NCBI GenBank assembly: GCA_024695105.1
Contig: JAILIV010000008.1
Span: 1 to 59,985 of the forward strand
Origin: Bacilli bacterium
GTDB lineage: Bacteria; Bacillota_I; Bacilli_A; RFN20; CAG-826
Direction of reading: 5' to 3'
Length of the DNA: 59,985 nucleotides
Positions 27,957 to 37,405 of this stretch are shown here, piece after piece. Under the pieces are notes generated by a model. It saw only the letters and a program-made list of their open reading frames with translations, was not told the origin of the DNA and ran no database searches. Every line of letters begins with the position of its first letter. The first letter of the stretch is position 1. The position numbers and the translations under genes were made by a program.

Positions 27957-29837
27957 ATGGGCAAGGTAAAGGAAAAGTTTACCCAAACCCTCGACTCGAA
28001 GAAGGCGTTTCACCGCAACGAGATCGAGGCCAACCGCCAAATGTGCTTCGCCTGCGCCTTCATGGCGGTCGCCCTGTCCATTGCCTTCCTTCTTTACATA
28101 TTCAAAGTCTTCCCACTTCACAACTACATCCCGGTTTATATCGCGATGCCGATCATGATCCCGCTTTTGCTGTCGCCGATGTTTTATATCAAGACGGCGT
28201 TTCTTGAGAAAAGCGGGTTCAAGTATTTCATCCTTTTCCTGATTTTGCTTTTGGTGGGGTCTTTGAACGTACTGATCCCGAAGCATGCGGTGCTAGGGTA
28301 CGCGCTTGTTTTGGTGCTCGTGAACCATTATTACAGTCCCAAAGTGGGACGTATCGCCTTCTTCGCCAGCTTGGCGACCATGTTGGTTTGTCTTTACCTT
28401 GGGATGTTCTTCGGCGAATACGACCCGAACCTGCTTGGCGAGGGCAAGGTTGTGTACGACGCCACGACGGACACCTACGTCATTTTTCAACCAGAAAGCC
28501 CGCAGGAACGCTACGAATATCTGCAGGAACGTATCCATGGCGGTTCCAATCGCTTCGCCGCGGTCCTTGGGTTTTATTACTTCGCCAGGGCGATGATCCT
28601 GACGCTTATTTTCTTTGCGTGCAATGCGTTAAGCCGCCGTACGCAGAAGTTGCTTCAAAGCGAGGTGGAGTCGCAGGAGAGCAAGGCCCGCATCGATACC
28701 GAGCTTTCGGTCGCGGAGGACATTCAGCGCACCGTATTGCCGAATCCAACCTACCAGGATCCCAACGTCGAGATACTGGCCCAGCTTTTGCCAGCCCGCG
28801 AGGTGGGAGGCGATTTTTATGATTATTCCAAAATCGACGAAAACCATGTGGCGGTTTTGATCGGCGACGTTTCGGGGAAGGGAGTTCCCGCGGCCATGTT
28901 CATGATGAAGGCCCTCACTTCCTTCCGCGCCTCCTATTCGCTGGATTTAAGTCCCGCGGCCATCATCGAAAAGGTGAACCGCCTGTTGTTGGAAGGTAAT
29001 TCCGCGGGGTTATTCGCCACATGCTTCTATGGGGTTTTGGACATCGCCACGGGCGAACTTCGCTTCGCCAACGCCGGCCATTGCCCTCCGGTTCTTCGCC
29101 GTAAGGGCAAATACATGCCGCTGCCATGCGAAAGTGGGTTCCTTTTGGGCAGCGTGGAACGTCCGAAGGTCATCGATGAACGCTTCATGATGCAAAAAGG
29201 GGATGCGTTGCTTTTGTATACCGACGGGGTGACCGAGGCCGCCAACGTGAAAGGTGAACTTTATGGCCCGACGCGTTTGATTCGGTTCTTAAATTCGTTG
29301 CGTGCCTATACCCCTTTGGAATTGGGGCATGATTTGGAAGATAGCATCAGCGAGTTCTGCGAAGGGGCGCCCCAGTCCGATGACATAACCTATCTGAACT
29401 TGGTGTACCAAGGCGAAGCCATCTACTGCGCTGACAAAAGCTTCCTGGCCGACCTTGCCCAAGGCGAGGAGGTGGCGAAGTTCCTTAGGAAACAAGCAGA
29501 GATCGCCCACGTGGGTCCCAAGATTCGCGACGCATTCCTTCTGGCGATGGACGAGGTCTTCTCCAACATCGTCAAATACGGCAAGCTTCCACCTGGAGGC
29601 GAAGTGTACATTCGCTGTTCCTATTGGGTGGAACGCGGTTCGGTGTCGGTGACGGTGGTGGACCATGGTATCCCCTTCGATCCGCGCGAAGTGGAGGAGA
29701 CCACCGTGGACCAGCGACCCGATGACGCCCCCGTGGGCGGATTGGGTTGGTTGATGGTGCGTCGGCTCATGGACGAGATCGTCTATCACCGCATCAATGG
29801 CAAGAACGTCATCTCGATCTTTAAGAAACTGAAATGA
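27957..29837 (+). CDS. Membrane-bound SpoIIE/PP2C phosphatase fused to an RsbW-like HATPase
   Basis: N-terminal TMs; EVGGDFYD, DVSGKG, ANAGH, YTDGVTEA, DDIT; C-terminal DEVFSNIVKY...DHGIPFDP...GGLG. Confidence 0.88.
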   Translation: MGKVKEKFTQTLDSKKAFHRNEIEANRQMCFACAFMAVALSIAFLLYIFKVFPLHNYIPVYIAMPIMIPLLLSPMFYIKTAFLEKSGFKYFILFLILLLVGSLNVLIPKHAVLGYALVLVLVNHYYSPKVGRIAFFASLATMLVCLYLGMFFGEYDPNLLGEGKVVYDATTDTYVIFQPESPQERYEYLQERIHGGSNRFAAVLGFYYFARAMILTLIFFACNALSRRTQKLLQSEVESQESKARIDTELSVAEDIQRTVLPNPTYQDPNVEILAQLLPAREVGGDFYDYSKIDENHVAVLIGDVSGKGVPAAMFMMKALTSFRASYSLDLSPAAIIEKVNRLLLEGNSAGLFATCFYGVLDIATGELRFANAGHCPPVLRRKGKYMPLPCESGFLLGSVERPKVIDERFMMQKGDALLLYTDGVTEAANVKGELYGPTRLIRFLNSLRAYTPLELGHDLEDSISEFCEGAPQSDDITYLNLVYQGEAIYCADKSFLADLAQGEEVAKFLRKQAEIAHVGPKIRDAFLLAMDEVFSNIVKYGKLPPGGEVYIRCSYWVERGSVSVTVVDHGIPFDPREVEETTVDQRPDDAPVGGLGWLMVRRLMDEIVYHRINGKNVISIFKKLK

Positions 29838-29880
29838 CGCTTAGTGCGCAAACGATGAGAAGAAGGGATAATAGGCAACG

Positions 29881-30921
29881 ATGAACTGGGAAGAGATTTG
29901 GGGTCAGATAACGGCGTATTTCCAAAACAACGTTTGGAACATCGTGCTTTTCTTCGCCGTATTGGTCTTTGGCCTGTTGTTCATCAAGGTCATCTTGCTG
30001 GTCACGCGTTCATTGCTTCGCAAACACGGCATGGACCCCATCGCCATCCGTTTTCTTTCCGCTACGTTACGTTTCTTCTTGTTACTGGTGGAAGTGCTTG
30101 TTTTGCTAAGCATCATCGGCGTTCCCATCACGGGCCTTACCACGACGGTTTCCGCGATCGTTTTGGCGGTTGGCGTGGCATTGAAGGAGTTTCTCTCTAA
30201 CGTGGCAAGCGGCATTATCTTGGTCGGCTCGCGGAAATACAAGACGGGGGATTATATCCAGGTGGCCGGGGTGGAAGGGTCCATCGTGGACATCAATTTC
30301 CTCTTCACTACCTTGAAGACCCCAAACAGCACCCAGGTCACGCTTCCCAATTCCACGATGGTCAATAGTCCCGTCACCAATCTGGGGGCCTATGAGTCCC
30401 GCCGTGTGGCGATTACCTTCTCGGTGGCGTATGAATCTGATACGGAATTGGTCCAAAAGACGTTGCTCGACGTCATGAATTCCTGTGGCATGGTCTACCA
30501 AGACCCCGCGCCGACATGCCAGTTGAAAACCCTAGGCGCCTCTTCCATCGACTTCTTTTTGACATGCTTCTGCGATAACGCGGACTATTGGAACGTCTAT
30601 TACTACGTCATGGACTATGGTTTCAATGAGCTAAAGAAGGCGGGCATTGGTTTTCCCTTCCAGCAAGTCGAGGTCACCAATAAGCCCCCCATTCCCATGG
30701 TCATCGCGGACAAGCCCTTGCCGGAGCGCGTGGAGAAAAAGCGTACCCGTAAGTTGAGAAGATTGACGTTAGAGGAAATCGAGGACATGACTTTCGGCGG
30801 TTTTAAGAAGTACGTGCACGAGAAAGCCGAAGAGAACAAAGAGAAAAAGGCCACGAAGAAAAAGGAAAAGGCCAGCAAGAAACCATCTACCAAAAAGAAA
30901 ACGAAACAAGAAAAGAAATAA
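29881..30921 (+). CDS. mscS: Small-conductance mechanosensitive channel
   Basis: Three TMs, NVASGI, GDYI...EGSIVDINFLFTTL, LPNS; Lys-rich tail. Confidence 0.88.
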   Translation: MNWEEIWGQITAYFQNNVWNIVLFFAVLVFGLLFIKVILLVTRSLLRKHGMDPIAIRFLSATLRFFLLLVEVLVLLSIIGVPITGLTTTVSAIVLAVGVALKEFLSNVASGIILVGSRKYKTGDYIQVAGVEGSIVDINFLFTTLKTPNSTQVTLPNSTMVNSPVTNLGAYESRRVAITFSVAYESDTELVQKTLLDVMNSCGMVYQDPAPTCQLKTLGASSIDFFLTCFCDNADYWNVYYYVMDYGFNELKKAGIGFPFQQVEVTNKPPIPMVIADKPLPERVEKKRTRKLRRLTLEEIEDMTFGGFKKYVHEKAEENKEKKATKKKEKASKKPSTKKKTKQEKK

Positions 30922-30945
30922 GCGCCGGGCGGCGCTTATTCTTTC
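30917..30945. terminator. Bidirectional terminator
   Basis: AATAAGCGCC/GGCGCTTATT perfect stem between convergent genes. Confidence 0.75.
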
Positions 30946-30957
30946 TTTTGAAACGGG

Positions 30958-31527
30958 TTATTTGAGCTTGGCGACGGTGTGGTTGACCTTCTTGTCACCA
31001 CGGAGCGCGCTATAGAGGAGGTCGGGGTTTTCGAAGGTGTCATAGTCTCCGATATGAATGTTGGCCATGGGCACGCCAAGGCGACGGCATTGCATGAGGA
31101 CCAAGACGGGGACGTCCAGGAAGTCGATGCCGTCGGTGCGTTTGCAGGCGGCGCGGTAACCTTCGCCCATGAGCTGCTCGATCAGCTTGCGTTCGACCGA
31201 AGTGTGGGAGAAGGTGAGGCAAGGCCCCATGTACACCTGAATCTCGGCGGGGTTGAGGTTATATTGGGTGATCGCGGTATGGAACTTCTCACGGAAGGAA
31301 CCATCCACCGCGGACTTCAGGTCGATTTTGGCTCCGCCTAAGACGCCTTTGGCGGCGAAGAAGAGGGGGATTTCGTCATTGGAGGCAACGCATAATGACG
31401 CGCCCTTGCCGGCTTTGACCGCGAAAGGTTCCGCGATGGGGGCGTCTTTGGGGAAATCGTCGCCGATGCCAAACGTGGTTGCGACGAACAAAGGGGTTTC
31501 GAATTCAATGTGCTTCATTTGATTCAT
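30958..31527 (-). CDS. YfiH/PgeF-like (polyphenol oxidase/laccase-domain) protein, shortened
   Basis: VYMGPCL, DVPVLVLMQ..LGV..ANIH, DTFENPDLLYS..R resemble the family C-terminal half. Confidence 0.65.
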   Translation of the reverse strand: MNQMKHIEFETPLFVATTFGIGDDFPKDAPIAEPFAVKAGKGASLCVASNDEIPLFFAAKGVLGGAKIDLKSAVDGSFREKFHTAITQYNLNPAEIQVYMGPCLTFSHTSVERKLIEQLMGEGYRAACKRTDGIDFLDVPVLVLMQCRRLGVPMANIHIGDYDTFENPDLLYSALRGDKKVNHTVAKLK

Positions 31528-31608
31528 TATCTAACCTTCCTCGTCGGTAGGCAAAGTTTTGTTTCGCCACTTCTTCCTTCTCGGCCTATAAGGGGGTGGA
31601 GGTAAACC

Positions 31609-32013
31609 ATGAACGAAGAAGAAACGAATTTGAAGATCGGCCGCGTCGCGCGTTCCACGGAACGGGCGCTTGGCATTTCCTTAACGGGCGAGGTGGCCAT
31701 TTACATCGAAGCGGAAGAGCTAGACCACATCGCCCGTAAGAGGCCGACGGATTATCTGTCCTTTATCGAGGAGCTCGGCAACATCCTTCGGGAACCGGAC
31801 TTCGTGTCCTTTCAGCAAGAGAAGCAAGAGCTGCTTTATTTGAAGGCGTATTACGCCAAGGAGAGCCTCAACGTGGTGTGTTTGACGATCTGCCGTAGAG
31901 GCACGCCGCAACGTTGGTTCTTCAAAAGCCTATCGAGCGTTGGAAAGATTCCGCTTCCCATTTCAGGCAAGCACGCTTTTGCCCGCCCCATAAACAAAAA
32001 GGTTTCGCCCTAG
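31609..32013 (+). CDS. Hypothetical protein, possibly PBECR/BECR-fold nuclease-like
   Basis: LDHIARKRP..Y...I..IL.EPDFV pattern resembles PBECR domains; GGAGG RBS. Confidence 0.35.
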   Translation: MNEEETNLKIGRVARSTERALGISLTGEVAIYIEAEELDHIARKRPTDYLSFIEELGNILREPDFVSFQQEKQELLYLKAYYAKESLNVVCLTICRRGTPQRWFFKSLSSVGKIPLPISGKHAFARPINKKVSP

Positions 32014-32039
32014 CGTAGCGCGTCCTAAAATCGTCTTGG

Positions 32040-32495
32040 ATGAAACGCGCATGGATTTATGGAATCGTTTGGGCCGCTTTCACGGCTCTTATCGTCTATA
32101 CGTCCATTCGAACCGGAGCCTCTTATGAAGAGGCGGGAGGACGCATCGGGGCATGGGTCAATACCCATTTGTTCTTTAACGCGCTGACTTTGGTAGAGGT
32201 CAAAACGCTTACTCAGTTCGGGGCCAAGTTGTTTGGTCATTTCCTCCTTTTTGCCGCGGATGGGCTTTTCGCCTATTTGACTCTAAAAAGCGCAAAGGTT
32301 CCAACGATGCCATTAGTGATTGCATTGGCATGCGTTGGGCTTGTTTTGTCGTGCCTTGGCGAAATGATTCAGCTCTTCGTGGAAGATCGAAACCCCAGCG
32401 TCAACGACGTGTTGATCAACTATTCGGGATATGGGATTTTCTTGGTGACGGGATGGCTTTATCGCCGTTTGCTTAATCGGCCCGTTGCCGAATGA
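32040..32495 (+). CDS. VanZ family protein
   Basis: KLFGHF, GEMIQLFVEDRNPSVNDVLIN. Confidence 0.85.
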   Translation: MKRAWIYGIVWAAFTALIVYTSIRTGASYEEAGGRIGAWVNTHLFFNALTLVEVKTLTQFGAKLFGHFLLFAADGLFAYLTLKSAKVPTMPLVIALACVGLVLSCLGEMIQLFVEDRNPSVNDVLINYSGYGIFLVTGWLYRRLLNRPVAE

Positions 32496-33144
32496 GGCCG
32501 TATTTCCCGGCGAAAAGGTTGTTGGAGAAAATCGTTAGGGACACGATGCCCAAGGTCATCGCGAAGAACAATATGGCGTTCCAGACGATGTTGGGGTTCG
32601 TGAAATCCAAAAACGCATAGGCGTACATGTGCGTTCCATAAATCGGGGATTCGTCCCAAATCAGTGTGCGGAAATAGCCAAAGATAAAATAAAGGATGGG
32701 GTAGAGTTGGCTGGTGAAACCCGCCGCAAAACGCACCGTTCCTTTTTCGTCTAAGGCGATCCAGTCAATCAGTGGGCCGACGATCATCATGACGTGGAAA
32801 AACACCCCAAAAGTGGAAAATGGGGCGCTTCCTACGGGGATTTGCGCCGCAAAATAGAGAATTCCCGACAGAACGGAGAAGGCGTAAACGGGTAAGGCGA
32901 TGGGCATGTAAGGGCCGGCGGGGACGCCGTGGACGCCATGCCTCAAGTCGATGAGGTTGAAGATGATTTCCAGGACCGTCACCACGATTAAGACGATTCC
33001 AAGCAATACGGAGAAGGTGGACAAGGCGACTCCATACGAAGGGAATTCGGAAAGATAGCCGTTGAGAGGATAGATATAGAACACGGCCAACAAGATGCGA
33101 ATGAGGACGGCGACGAGGCGGTTGCGTAGCACCATGGCTTCCAT
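32473..33144 (-). CDS. Pr6Pr/FAR-17a-like membrane protein
   Basis: Six TMs, FHVMMIVGPLIDW and YPILY...YAYAFLD motifs; start taken at MEAMV. Confidence 0.7.
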   Translation of the reverse strand: MEAMVLRNRLVAVLIRILLAVFYIYPLNGYLSEFPSYGVALSTFSVLLGIVLIVVTVLEIIFNLIDLRHGVHGVPAGPYMPIALPVYAFSVLSGILYFAAQIPVGSAPFSTFGVFFHVMMIVGPLIDWIALDEKGTVRFAAGFTSQLYPILYFIFGYFRTLIWDESPIYGTHMYAYAFLDFTNPNIVWNAILFFAMTLGIVSLTIFSNNLFAGKYGLIRQRAD

Positions 33145-33190
33145 TGTACGCCCGTTTGTCCTCTTTGCCACGGGTGGGATGGGGCGTAAG

Positions 33191-33727
33191 ATGACAGGCA
33201 TGGAACGCTTTGCCTTCGAAGATAACCAATACCCCTTCACGGGAGTAACCCATGTTCGTGACATCGCACGGGGAATCGTGGTGGACGAGGAGGGCAACGT
33301 GGCCATTCATCGGATTTACCGCGACGATATGTTTGGCGCCCAAGGGTACTATGAGACTCCCGGGGGAGGCGTGGATGAAGGTGAGAGCTTTGAGCAGGCT
33401 TTCGTGCGGGAATGCGAAGAAGAAATCGGCTGCGAGGTGGAGATCCTCTCTCCTTTGTGCGACGTGAAGGATTTCTATAACCTCATCGGGAGAGAGAACC
33501 ACAACCGTTTCTTTTTGGCCATTAAGGTGAAGCAAACGCATAAGCACTTCGCGTCGGATGGGGACCAAATGATCCAAGAGACCTTATGGATCCCGATTCA
33601 GGAAGCCATTTCAAAATATGAGGCGCAGGAGCAAACCGGCGTCGCGGGCTTGGTACGGCAACGCGAGCTTCCCGCCTTACGGCTCGCTTACGAAGAAATG
33701 GTGCGTCAAGGTCTTTGTAAGCGATAA
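33191..33727 (+). CDS. NUDIX hydrolase
   Basis: Nudix box PGGGVDEGESFEQAFVRECEEEIG. Confidence 0.92.
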   Translation: MTGMERFAFEDNQYPFTGVTHVRDIARGIVVDEEGNVAIHRIYRDDMFGAQGYYETPGGGVDEGESFEQAFVRECEEEIGCEVEILSPLCDVKDFYNLIGRENHNRFFLAIKVKQTHKHFASDGDQMIQETLWIPIQEAISKYEAQEQTGVAGLVRQRELPALRLAYEEMVRQGLCKR

Positions 33728-33773
33728 AACCGCTTGCGTTCGCATTGGCGCGCTCGTATATTATTCAAGCCGT

Positions 33774-33850
33774 GGCGCAATTGGTGAAACGGTGAACACA
33801 CTCGGCTGTGAACCGAGCATGAACGGGTTCGACTCCCGTATTGCGCCCCA
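33774..33850 (+). tRNA. tRNA-His(GTG)
   Basis: Cloverleaf with G-1, acceptor GCGCAAT/ATTGCGC, anticodon arm CTCGG-CTGTGAA-CCGAG, encoded CCA. Confidence 0.95.
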
Positions 33851-33861
33851 GAATCGCGTAT

Positions 33862-33892
33862 AATCCCTGATGTGAATTCAGGGATTTTTTCT
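33862..33892 (+). terminator. Terminator after tRNA-His
   Basis: AATCCCTGA/TCAGGGATT stem plus T tract. Confidence 0.75.
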
Positions 33893-33948
33893 TAGACGTT
33901 TTAGAAAAACGACGAAAACGCGACTCTGACTTGTTTTATTGGGTAGAG

Positions 33949-34470
33949 ATGGGAAAGATCGACTATGGAACGTTAAAAAGGCTATGCTCCACGTCCAAAG
34001 AAGAAGTGGATGCCGCTTTTGACGTCATTTTCCAGAAGTATGCTCGGTTGGTCCGTTACGTCGCCTATGACGTCCTGAAGGACGAGGAGGAGGCGAAGGA
34101 CATCGTCAACGAGACGTTCTTGAAGATGTATGAGAAGCGTCGCACGTTCATGAAGGAATCGGGCTTAAAGTACTACCTTCTGGTCACGGCGAAGAACCTT
34201 TCCATCAACCGTTCCAAGCAACGAACCGACCATCTCGAGTATTCCGACGATTTGGAAGGAGCGAAGGAAGGGCAAAGCGTTTCGCTTTACTTGGAGCAGT
34301 TCAAGGAAACCCTGGACGAAGAAGAATACCGTTATTTGGTTCTTCACCTCCTCTACGATTTCACTTTTCGCGAAATCGCGAAGGCGAATGGGGTGACCAC
34401 CTCCACCGTCTCCTCCAAATACCGACGCGGAATCCAAAAGCTTCGGGAGCATTATGGGGGTGAACGTTAA
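33949..34470 (+). CDS. ECF RNA polymerase sigma factor
   Basis: Region 2 (AKDIVNETFLKMY...YLLVTAKN) and region 4 (TFREIA...TVSSKYRRG). Confidence 0.9.
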   Translation: MGKIDYGTLKRLCSTSKEEVDAAFDVIFQKYARLVRYVAYDVLKDEEEAKDIVNETFLKMYEKRRTFMKESGLKYYLLVTAKNLSINRSKQRTDHLEYSDDLEGAKEGQSVSLYLEQFKETLDEEEYRYLVLHLLYDFTFREIAKANGVTTSTVSSKYRRGIQKLREHYGGER

Positions 34471-35954
34471 TGGATGACATCAAACAACGTTTTCAGGAAG
34501 ATTTCGAGAAGGCCCATCGAGAGGAACTGCGTTTTGACCATAGCCAACTAACGCCGAACACCAAGAAAGATCGGCATGGAATTCGTCCTTATAAGAAGGG
34601 GCTCATCATTGCCGCTTCGGTTTTTGCCAGCGTGATCGTGACGCTTGCGATTCCTCTTTCCTTCATCTTGCTTCGCATCGAGGACAACGTCAAAACCTAC
34701 CAACGGAGCTACTCCCGGATTGAAATCGCCATGGCGGAGACCAACACGTTTAAGAAACTTAGCGAGGTTTCCTATCCGGACCTCGTCAATCCGACGCAGC
34801 AAAAGATCAGCGAGCAGGAAAAGACGGCATATGAGGGCTTCGCCAACGAAACCTATCACGCATTGTTGCAGGGGCAGAAACAGCAAAACGTTTCCTATTC
34901 GATCGCTGGCCTTTATTCGTTGGCTAATGAGCTTTCCCTTGCTTCGAGCCGCCCGGATTTAACCAATCGGTTGGATGCGCTGCTTGGGCTAGGAAAGAGC
35001 GAACGCGCCACGTTTTACAAAAAGGTGGTGGAAGCCAATTGCTATGCCCGGGAAAACGCGACCACGCAGTTGCGCAACGCCGCATTCTTTAACGACCGCT
35101 TCCCACATTCCGACGAATACGTGAACGCGTTAAAGACATTCTATTGCGAATCCTACCAACTCCATTTGGTTTCGGATGCGGGCAAAATCGTCGAGTGGGG
35201 GAACAAGGCGATGAACACGAACGGCTTCATCGACGAGGAGTTTTTGGGCATCGATGAGGAAACGGAACTATTGCTCTTTTCCACTCTGTATTTCAAAAAC
35301 GGATGGGCGACCAAATACCTGGCGCAAGATAACGAAGAGGATGTGTTCCACTGCGCGGACGGGAAGACGCCTATGGTCACCTACATGCACCATACCTACC
35401 TCACGCAGGCCTATTATGATTACGGGAACTACGTAGCCATCGAAGATCAATATAATCGTGGCAGTGCCTCCGTTACTTATCTTGTCCCGAAAAGCGTATC
35501 GGATGATATCTATGAACTTACGAAGGGCGTGAACGTGTTTTTCAACGATCCGAATAAGTACGTGAAGAATCCAAAGGGGAACCCGATCGCCGTGCATCTA
35601 AAGACGCCGAAGTTTGTGTCGAAGGCGGAAGTGGACTTCAAGGCGGCATTATTCGCCCTTGGCCTTGACGATATGTTTGATCGTACCGTGGACTCCTTTA
35701 AAAACGCCATTTTGGCTCCAGAGGAATACAAAACCTATGTCCAACAAGTGAAACAACGTAACGAAGTGGAGTTCAACGAGGATGGGTCCATCGTCAAGAG
35801 TGTGGCGATGGCGCGTATGGGCGCCGGAGGATCGGCGGGGCCCATGACGCTGGATTCCATCGACATCGCTTTGGACCAACCGTTTATCTACATCATCAAA
35901 GATGTGAATGGGACCCCTATATTCTTAGGCCACGTAGACAATCCTAACGGCTAA
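34470..35954 (+). CDS. Membrane-anchored serpin-family protein (candidate anti-sigma factor)
   Basis: N-terminal TM; serpin motifs NVSYS..LY, STLYFKNGW, LKTPKF, QRNEVEFNEDG and LDQPFIYII...FLGHVDNP; start overlaps the sigma stop. Confidence 0.82.
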   Translation: MDDIKQRFQEDFEKAHREELRFDHSQLTPNTKKDRHGIRPYKKGLIIAASVFASVIVTLAIPLSFILLRIEDNVKTYQRSYSRIEIAMAETNTFKKLSEVSYPDLVNPTQQKISEQEKTAYEGFANETYHALLQGQKQQNVSYSIAGLYSLANELSLASSRPDLTNRLDALLGLGKSERATFYKKVVEANCYARENATTQLRNAAFFNDRFPHSDEYVNALKTFYCESYQLHLVSDAGKIVEWGNKAMNTNGFIDEEFLGIDEETELLLFSTLYFKNGWATKYLAQDNEEDVFHCADGKTPMVTYMHHTYLTQAYYDYGNYVAIEDQYNRGSASVTYLVPKSVSDDIYELTKGVNVFFNDPNKYVKNPKGNPIAVHLKTPKFVSKAEVDFKAALFALGLDDMFDRTVDSFKNAILAPEEYKTYVQQVKQRNEVEFNEDGSIVKSVAMARMGAGGSAGPMTLDSIDIALDQPFIYIIKDVNGTPIFLGHVDNPNG

Positions 35955-36058
35955 CCCGTCCAACCTTGGTTCTCAGCGGGTGGGGCGCGTTGTCATAACC
36001 GTCCAATCGTAGCCGTCCTCCTTTCGGGGGCGTATGATTTTCTTGCGAGGTTATTTGT

Positions 36059-36814
36059 ATGAAAAAACGTTGGATTCCATGCGTCGCGGCCCTAGCGTGG
36101 TTGGCTTCGGGTTGCGCTGGAGTGATCGTTGTCCATGTGGGCGACTATACCTATGATCACGCCGATCAATATAAGGAATATACCAACCCACTCGTTTGGG
36201 TGACGCAAGGCAACATCACCTCCATGCACATTGGATGGCTTTCGGGGCAAATCAATGTGAAAGTGGGGGAGAACTTTTTTATTGAAGAGTATAACGCCAA
36301 GGGCAATTACCTGCCGTTATATTACTGGGTTCAGGATACGAGCATATCCATCCAGTACTGCGCTTCCGGCACCAAGGGTGGAAAACTCGAGAACTCGGAA
36401 AAGACATTAGACGTCACCATACCATCGACTTTTGGGAAGTTGGATATCGATGCCGTCAGCGCCTCCTATTCCATCAAAGCCGAGAACTTGGGGGAGCTAA
36501 ACGTCGATTCCGTTTCGGGGGATGGGGAAGTGAACGTCCAAACCATCGAGAAGGCGCGGATGGATTCGGTTTCGGGATCGTTTTCGCTTACGTGTTTCGA
36601 TTCCTCGAAGATCATGAACATCCGGACCGATTCGGTTTCCGGGAATACGGATCTGACCTTCGACGGGAAGCGCGGATACGATTTGGACTATGACACGGTT
36701 TCCGGGAAGAAAACCTGGGACTTCGTCGATGGCAGCGATCCCACGCTGTCACGGTTTTCCATCGATGTGAACAGCGTCTCGGGAAATCTGGCCATCCATA
36801 AATTGGCGGCTTAG
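36059..36814 (+). CDS. DUF4097 (beta-strand repeat) lipoprotein
   Basis: Lipobox ASGC; repeated DSVSG/DAVSA/DTVSG/NSVSG. Confidence 0.8.
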   Translation: MKKRWIPCVAALAWLASGCAGVIVVHVGDYTYDHADQYKEYTNPLVWVTQGNITSMHIGWLSGQINVKVGENFFIEEYNAKGNYLPLYYWVQDTSISIQYCASGTKGGKLENSEKTLDVTIPSTFGKLDIDAVSASYSIKAENLGELNVDSVSGDGEVNVQTIEKARMDSVSGSFSLTCFDSSKIMNIRTDSVSGNTDLTFDGKRGYDLDYDTVSGKKTWDFVDGSDPTLSRFSIDVNSVSGNLAIHKLAA

Positions 36815-36835
36815 CCCGCATAGGGAGGAATAAGT

Positions 36836-37348
36836 ATGTTAAATGAGATCAAGTGCCGTCGCAGCTGGCGCAAGTACGAAGAACGCATGCCCAGTGACGA
36901 AGAGATCGAGAAAGTGGTGCAGGCTGGCCTAATGGCCCCTAGCGCGATCAATTCCCAAAAAGGTATCGTCGTCGTCATTAAGAACAAAGAAGTGCGCGAC
37001 GCCCTGTCTAAGCTGAACGCAAGCATAATGGGAAGGCCAGGCGACCCTTTCTATGGCGCGCCCGTGGTTTTGCTGGTGGCTGTTGAGAAATGGCCGCTTG
37101 CGGATTGCGATGGGGCCGTCATGATGGAAAACATGATGTTAGAGGCCACCCATTTAGGGTTGGGCTCATGTTGGGTCCACCGCGCGAAAGAGGAACTCGA
37201 ATCCGAGGAAGGGCGGCAAATCCTGTCCGGCGCTGGTATTGATTTTTCGCGTTATCAGGGCGTTGGCCACGTGATTCTTGGTTATCCCGTCGAAGGCGGA
37301 GGACGCGATATCGCAGTGAAGCCAAACCGCTCCTTCTATATCGAATAA
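36836..37348 (+). CDS. Nitroreductase family protein
   Basis: RRSWRKY, APSAINSQ, GLGSCW. Confidence 0.9.
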   Translation: MLNEIKCRRSWRKYEERMPSDEEIEKVVQAGLMAPSAINSQKGIVVVIKNKEVRDALSKLNASIMGRPGDPFYGAPVVLLVAVEKWPLADCDGAVMMENMMLEATHLGLGSCWVHRAKEELESEEGRQILSGAGIDFSRYQGVGHVILGYPVEGGGRDIAVKPNRSFYIE

Positions 37349-37366
37349 ACCGCGTTTTTGCGTGAA

Positions 37367-37400
37367 AAAAGGCTGGATTTCATAACGAATCCAGCCTTTT
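37367..37400. terminator. Bidirectional terminator
   Basis: AAAAGGCTGGATT/AATCCAGCCTTTT perfect stem between convergent genes. Confidence 0.8.
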
Positions 37401-37405
37401 CTAGT

